Assembly: GCA_039096225.1 (NCBI GenBank)
Contig: JBBPEB010000015.1
Span: 1,984,001-2,048,000, forward strand
Source of the DNA: Blastocystis sp. Blastoise
Taxonomy: Eukaryota; Protista; Bigyra: Opalinata
Direction of reading: 5' to 3'
DNA: 64,000 nt
Below are positions 55,932 through 64,000 of the stretch, piece after piece; within the stretch, counting starts at the first letter, position 1, and the number at the start of each line of letters is the position of its first letter. A program made the position numbers and the translations under genes. The notes beneath the pieces are model-generated. The model had not been told where the DNA came from, did not search any database, and saw nothing but the letters and a program-made list of their open reading frames with translations.

Positions 55932-57427
55932 CAAAATTCAATTTTTCAGTCTATTTTATCGATTTATATATGAATAAAATATGAATGTTCTTTATTGAAA
56001 ATAATCGTTTTTTTGCCGAAATTTGCCAAAAACTGTATATGGATAAATCTCCCGGTATTTCAGGGTTTGCCATAGAATACCCAGGGTAGAGATACTACCC
56101 TAGAAGGTTTTTGTTATACGCCTTGAGCTTCCAGAAATTCCTTTAAACTGGCTCTTTTTAAAATTTTGAACCTCAACAGAGTCTTTGTGGCTAACGCTGA
56201 TTTTTTTTAAGACAAAACTAAACATACTTTTTAGTTCAATTTTCAGTTTACACTCTACATTTCATTTTTAAAATTGTATATGAGTTTATTTTACTTTTAT
56301 GAACTCAAATATAAATTTTTAAAATTATTTTTTATTGTATTAGTCTCATTTGAGCCTTGTTTATATAGTTAAAGTATTTTTTAGTAAAATATATGAAAAA
56401 TATTTTTGTTTATTGAATTATATAGATAATAAGGAGAAACAGTATTCATTAAGTAACATGATCAGCATACAATAGTTATTTATAGTGAATCTAAATAAAT
56501 TATTAGTAGATTATGCTATATAAATAGTAATCATGTTTTTCCATTTTCATTAAATCGGTCTCTTATTCTTCAATCGTACTCTAATCCATATTTAGAAGAA
56601 AAAAGAAAAGTGATTACAATAGCATTTTTTACGTTTTCTTCTCAATTTGACTTTATAAAGTTTATCCCATAAGATAATATATATTTTCATTTTTTGTGTA
56701 TTCTATTAAATCAGGATTATATTATAGATTCATTTATTATAGAATCAATTATATTTTATTATGTCTCAACTATTAATTATAGCATATTATAAAAGTATGA
56801 AATGCGTATATAGAGAGATGTAAAGTATAAATAATTCATAATAATTGTAAATGATTCGAATAAAAGAGAATTAATGCACAATAAGTGAAAATGTGATCGT
56901 TAGTAGAATCTATGATATATAGTTGCTTATAAAGTTATTTTTCATGATAAACCATGCTAGTCTGAAAGATACTAAAAGTATTTCACAGAATATGATGATT
57001 TTTAAGTATCTACAATTGCTGATTTCATTGTATCATTGAATACTAAAAAACACTTGTAGTTGATCTAAAATAGTATTATTAAAAATAATTTAGATTAAAT
57101 GAGAAATTACCTTTAAATCGGTACTTAAAAAGTAGTTCAACTCTGTTATCTTTTTATTTATATACGTATAATAATAAGCATTATCATAATGTAAAAAACA
57201 ATAAATTTGAAAATATTTTGTTAGTCATGTAATCAAATGAAATTGTTTTTTAAAGTTTTTTTGTATGATTTACATAAATATATATATTTGATAAACAAAA
57301 TGTATTCAATTTTAAAAGAGATATAAGCAAAATAAAAACCTAGTGATATATTCATAACAGTTTTTGGCAAATCTCTAACCCCAATCAACTATCAAAATAT
57401 TTTTTACATAAAAAACAATATATATAT

Positions 57428-58371
57428 TTATTTTTCTATTTGAGAGCATTTATTTGAATAATAATGAATTGGATTTTCAAGAACTTGTTGAATGGAATCA
57501 GTATCAGTCTCTAATATACATTTATTGATTACACGTACTATAAAAACATATATCTTATGATTATTTTACATTAAAATATATAAAAACATATATCTTATAA
57601 TGATTTTACATTAAAATATATATATATATATATACATAATGCTTCATTTTCTAAAGCTGCAGCAACACGTTCTTTGTCATTGAATTGTCTATTTACTAAA
57701 TATAGGATATATATAGTAAATTATCACTTAATAAAGTTAACTAGAGTATAATAGAGTAGCTACAGTATAATGAACAATAATAAAGATATATTTATAATCA
57801 TATATAATAATTATTTAATAAATATAATAATAAGTATAATTATAAATATAATAATGCTATAATAAACAAAATAATGCTATAATATATTAAAAAATAAAAA
57901 AATATACAAGCATCTTCAGATTCATGAGATCCTGGAACAACGAGGACTTTATATTTCATTCGAGGAGGTAAAGATCTCATTAGTTTTGTTCGAATACATA
58001 AACCAATAACAGCAGATTGTCTATATATATATATATATATATTGTAATTAATAAAAAATAAAGTAAAAATATATATATAATTTACGTGCAATTAGGTATC
58101 GTTGGATTGAAAAATATGACAATAGAATTATTTTTATCATCAACTTTAATGTTTTTTAATTGAATAACATATAATTGTTCTAAAGACACAGGATGTTCAG
58201 GATCCTTGATTGTTCTGATTAATTCAAATATTTCTAAAGGATCAATAGGATCTCGTATTCTATCATCATGAAGTTGATTCTTTCTCGAAGTCTAATTTAC
58301 TAGAATGAAAAACGTTATAAAACTACTTGTGACTTCTCATAGACAATAGGTGCTGAATTATCTTTACTCAT
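57428..58371 (-). CDS. CIAO2B: Cytosolic Fe-S assembly component CIA2/MIP18 (FAM96B)
   Basis: EIFELIRTIKDPEHPVSLEQL, PTIPNC, IGLCIR, GSHESE and NRQFNDKERVAAALEN motifs. Confidence 0.93.
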
Positions 58372-58592
58372 CATATAATAATAGATTAAATATAATAAGA
58401 AATGAGTAGAAGAAAAGAATACGAAATTTGCCAGCAAATGTTATATGCAAATAGAAACGGAAACAAAGAGAAACTTCAAAGACAGTTTTCAACACTTTTC
58501 AGAATAATTGATCAATTTTTTTTCATTTTTTTACTTGTGTCAAATTCTTATTGATTAAAGAGTTATATTCATTAATTATTTTTTATATCCAA

Positions 58593-59246
58593 ATGCAACA
58601 TACAGTGCCAACAGAATTAGAATGTCCTATTTGTATGGAAAACATAACAAAAGACAATTATATAGAATATAGAATATCTGAAAGTATTTATTTAAACATA
58701 TTTTATAGTTTATATTTTAAAAAATTCTGTAGATAGTCCGTGGATTCCTTGTCAAGCTTGTGATGATTGTATTGAAATTATACGATCTGGAGCTATGAAG
58801 CGTTATCTTCATGATTTACTTCATGCAGATTGTAGACGTTCCCAACTTCGAGTTCTTCATAAAGGTCCTCCATATTATTTAGATGTATATATATATATAT
58901 ATATATATTTTGGTATTCATTTGAATATATAAAACATATACTATTATTCAAAACTATTATTATTGCTTATATAGATGTCTGAGGTATTTCCTAATTTAGA
59001 ATCATGTCCTATAAAAGAAATATGGCATAGTAAAAATGATACTATCACTTCTGGTAAAGTTGATGTATATATATATATATATATTATATTATATTATTTT
59101 ATTTATTTCTTACATAAATAACAAATATATATTTATAGGATGCATTAGAAGAAAATGAAAGAAAAGAATTTATTGAAAAATATACATTATTAATTGAAAC
59201 ATCCGATGATAATCAAATTGTCAAAGAAACTGATGAAACTAATTAA
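58593..59246 (+). CDS. Small Cys-rich, degenerate RING-like protein
   Basis: Four exons: ECPICMENIT..NYIEYR..W.PCQACDDC...ADCRRSQLRVLHKGPP; TAA at 59244-59246. Confidence 0.7.
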
Positions 59247-61823
59247 AGTTATATATATATATATATGTTTCTTTATATAGTATGTATTTGCTATATAGCT
59301 GTTTCTGTCATAACAGTCTTTTTATTTGTTTGTTCAAAGGTAATGTGAAGTTTTAGTAATTATAAGGACAAGGAGAATAATGGAGGAGGATAATACACAT
59401 ACTAAAATGCCAAGAGTTTGATAGAGAGAATTTTTACTATTCATTTTCATTTTTTTTTAAAGGGTTATTTAATTCATTTGTATCTTAATAAACATTTGTA
59501 TAACAAAACGAAGACACATATATAACATGTAAAAAGTAAGTAATAATAATAATGAATGTTACAATGGGGTGAATCAGTGTTTGTAGCATACTCACTAAGT
59601 ATGATTACCTAGATAAGTTAATTAGAATACTATATAACATAAATTGATATAATAAAAATTTATATAGTTAAAAAAATATATTTATATACATTCTTCTTGT
59701 GAAAATGACGATGAGCAATAATAATATATATATCTTATACCAATAAACCTATATATGTATTAAAATATGATAATTAATGTAATAAGATAGAAAAGAATAT
59801 ACCATTTAAAAAAAATGAATGATGAGAGTTCAACTTTTTTCACCTTCAATGCTCATCTATATATAATGGTGATTAGATCTTTTAATAATAATAAAAGTAG
59901 CAGTAATAATAATAATAAAAATAATAATAATAATATATATATCTAAGACCTATAAAAATATAATTAGGTCTATTTAAAAAAGGGTAAAAATAAGAAATGT
60001 TGATAGATAGATACTATTTTATCTAAATTCTATTAAATCACGAATCATTACAACCTATAAAAAAAAATAGAATATGAAAAAATATATAAGCATACAATGA
60101 GCTAACTTTATATATTTAACTCTAGGATACTGTCAAGTGGATTATTTTTCATAAATATACTATATCATGGTTCATACATTATGTAAATGAACTTTTAAAC
60201 AGAAAAGAGGAGAATGAATTGTTTGTCAAGAATAATAGTTTTCTTAAATAAGATATATGCAATAGTAAGTTATTTACTACATTTTAAATATATATTTTGA
60301 CAAGAAAATATTATAATAAAGAAAGATCATGGGAATCACGAAAATCTTATGTAGAAAACAAATTAAAATTCTTTTCTATTTCGTTATTAATAATTTACGA
60401 GTCCTATGTATACCAGTAAACTGACTATTAAGAAATATATACTAATAAGTAACTATGAATGAAAAATAATTTAATGTTAATGGGACACTTAATGCTCTGT
60501 AATTGTAGATTTAACTCTCTATTGAATGAATACATATAATTAAACTCATTTTTGATAATTCATTAGATTAATGAATTTACTTTAACAATAATTTGGAATA
60601 TTTTGGTAAATGTAAGTCTTTTTAAATTATGTGTAGTGTATACGTTTTTGCATTTATTTTTTTGTGACACTTTAAAAATAAGATAATTTCCAATTTTATT
60701 TTTTTTCCCCATTATCATTATTCATTATGTTCATTATGGTAAGTCACCTTACTTACTTGAATTGATAAAGGTTTCATTACTGATCTACCATCTCTAGGAA
60801 TTAATTTCGTTCTGAATATATAATTTTTGTGGTTATATCATAAATTCTAAACCAAATCAGAAATAACAATTAATATCAAATAATACAGTTAATAAAATTA
60901 AATGAGCAACATAAAAAAATGTCGATTTGTTACAATATTTTAAGTTTATTGTGTAAATAGAGCAATTTAAAATAAATAGCAAACGTATGTAGTAACAACA
61001 AAAAAAGTGAAAAATATATATTTAGAATCCAAGGACTTTTAAAAGTTTGGAAAACTTCTATATTAATTATGAAACAAGAGAGTCTGTGTTGTAATACTAT
61101 TCAAGTATATACATAACTATAAAGAATGATAGATAAATGTTTCTTAAATGAAAGGAAATAAGAAATAAAAGAATATACTGTATAGGATAATAATGAATAA
61201 ACACTTGTAAAGATTATTAAAAAAAAAATGAATAAGAAAAATGGAAAAAAAAAATAGAATAAAAAAATCCAAATAAAATGAGAAATAGAATAAAAATAAA
61301 ATCAATATGAATATTTAAAATAGTATATGGTTAATAATTATATGAAATATATAAGTTTTTGACAATAAAATAAATAAAAAATTAGTGTATAATAAATATA
61401 AACGAAGTGAAAAATAAATGTAAATATATATATGAATATAATAGTATTCATTTTTTAAAGATAATGAAGTTGATAAATAATATAAGTAAATAATATAAGA
61501 ATAGTTTAATAAATATTACTAATAAGAATATCAAAATGATTTATTGATAAGGATAGAAATAATGTATATATGTATAAATATAATTCAGTTAAACAAGAAT
61601 AAAGTGTTGTATTATAAATAAATAAAAATAAAAAATAAAAATAAATTAATAATAAGATTATTTTAAATATCAAATAATTTCTTCTTAAATAAATAATATT
61701 CTATATATAATATACAAATAAAAAAAAGAAATGAAATTAGTTTGTACACACAAAAAAAAGAAGATATATATAAAATATATATTGAAATAATAGAATAATG
61801 AAGAGAAAAATAAGTATAATAAT

Positions 61824-61855
<32 letters not shown>

Positions 61856-61858
61856 TCC

Positions 61859-62970
61859 TTATAAATCTAAATTATTACCATCTAAGCTTAATGGTGGAAT
61901 ATTATCAAAATAATCATCATCATCTGTATTGTTATTTATATTATTATTTATAGTATTACTAATATTACTTCTATAACCATTCATATTATTATTCATATTA
62001 TTATTATTCATATTATAATTATTATATTTGTTATCATTAGTATAATTATTATTAGTATATTGAGGACTAAAAGTAGTACTAGGAGGAGGTGACCATCGTG
62101 ATGAATGTACATATGGTGAATTTCTATTAATAGTAGTATAGTTATTTATATTCATAGTATTATTAGAGGGTTTTTGTTTAGTAGAAGTATTATTTGTATT
62201 TAGAGTAAAAGAGGTATCTGAAGAATGGCTACTATATGCAGATAATGTTGGCGACATTAATTTTGAATAATGATAACTAAATACTGATTTTGAACCATCT
62301 AATGTTTCTTTTACACTATCATTAAATGAATTATATGTATCTTTCTTGGTATGTTGATAATTCTGATTAGGAATAGAATTAATAGAATAATCACGTTTAC
62401 TAGTCATACTATTTGGAGAGAATTGATTTGATAACATAGGTGCCATTTGTTGTTTATATATAGTATTTGGACTACTATTAGTAGAAGAGGAATGATAATA
62501 GGTTTGACTACTTGTATAATTATATGTATTTTTAGTTTTATTATCATAAGAAGATTGAAAATGTTCAGGAGATGAAGAAGAAGCAATAGTATGAGACGAT
62601 AGAACAGGTATATTTCCTTTAGGAGTAATTTTATTCGAAATACTAGATTTTGAGATAAAATGATTCTCTGGAGTAGAATCAGTAGAAGAAGGAACACTTG
62701 AGGGTGTACTAGAAGGAACACTACTTGAACCACTATTATATAAATTATTATTTATAGAATTACGTTTATTAGAATTATTTTTAGAAACAGTATTTGTATT
62801 CATAAATAAAGTAGAAACTACTGTAGCACTTTTTACACTATTCTTAAACATATTTCGTGATGATATATTTCCTTTTTTCGAGTAAAAAGGAGATTGTAAT
62901 GAAGTATTCTTTATGGCAGGAGGTGAATCATATTGGCTTGATGGAGATGAGAAAACACTATTATTAGGTA

Positions 62971-63037
<67 letters not shown>

Positions 63038-63165
63038 TGGAAGCTTATTTCCACTTAAACTCTCTGGACTACAATTAGAAAATGGAGAATCCGAATCTGC
63101 GAGAGAAAGTGGAGGATAGGAAGGGATAGGAAGAGGAGGAGTGAAAGTATTACTATTATTAGCAA

Positions 63166-63264
<99 letters not shown>

Positions 63265-63699
63265 TCTTATTTATAGAATAAACAGAGGTTATACTTTGCA
63301 TAGAATTCTTTCGTGGATTGTGAGAAAAATTAGTAGTAGATTCAGAATCCGAAATAGTTATTTTCCGTGGGAATAAATAGGATGGAGGTTGTACTTCAGG
63401 AAGTGGCCTTAAATGAAGAACATTCTTCTCCCAATCAGGAGTAGTATATTTCTTATCTGATTTCTTAGAATCTGCTGTATAAATAACATTTGGAGATGGC
63501 TTTGAATTCCATCTATTTGGAATAGGAGGATTATATACAGATTGTTCTTTAGGAGATAAAGACTCAATATTTTCTTTATTGATTACCATATTATTATTAT
63601 TATACTCATTATTATTATACTCATTATTATTAAAAATATTATTATTATTATTATACTTATTATTATATTTATTATTACTATTATTACTACCATCATTAC

Positions 63700-63735
<36 letters not shown>

Positions 63736-63878
63736 CATTTTCTTCCTCTTCCTCTTCCTCTTCTTCTTCTTCTTCACTATCAGTAGAAGGAGTAGATAAT
63801 TCTGGATTTAAATATTCAGAGAGTTCTAATTGTAACGCAGGATCTGCCACAATCTGAGGATATGCTTTTGTTGTTGGT
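61859..63878 (-). CDS. Terminal exon of an Asn/Ser-rich protein (gene continues beyond the window)
   Basis: About 670-codon open exon after an AG acceptor at about 63879; poly-N and poly-E tracts. Confidence 0.7.
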
Positions 63879-64000
63879 CTATATAAATATGATATAAATA
63901 TAAATATAAATATAAATAAAAATAAAAATAAAAATAAAAATAAAAATAAAAATAAAAATAACAATAACAATAACAATAAAAATAGAAATAAAAAAATAAA

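Overview
Very AT-rich, intron-rich eukaryotic (protist) genomic DNA. Short 30-45 nt introns and a TPLATE gene are compatible with a Blastocystis-like stramenopile, but this assignment is inference only. The window holds about 17 host genes (TPLATE, a CaaX-terminated EEPKV-repeat protein, METTL23-like, UTP14, RPS16, RPL4, a truncated RPA49, TRM10, GT92, an LRR protein, a Rab, TMCO4, CIAO2B and several unknowns) and an initiator tRNA-Met. The main discovery is a complete 13,618-bp CACTA (En/Spm) DNA transposon at 6234-19851. It has perfect 13-bp TIRs (CACTATCAGCGAT), a 3-bp TGT target-site duplication, an apparently intact spliced DDE transposase and a divergent second gene. It also carries an intron-containing pseudogenised exportin-7 fragment and a ~2.6-kb 19-bp minisatellite. 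Other notable signals: an LRR gene built from 14 consecutive exons of exactly 90 nt, non-canonical splice junctions in two ribosomal protein genes (probably an assembly-polishing artefact), (TA)n tracts at both ends of many introns, and an RPA49 lacking its winged-helix half. All homology calls come from recalled family motifs and manual splicing; no searches were run.
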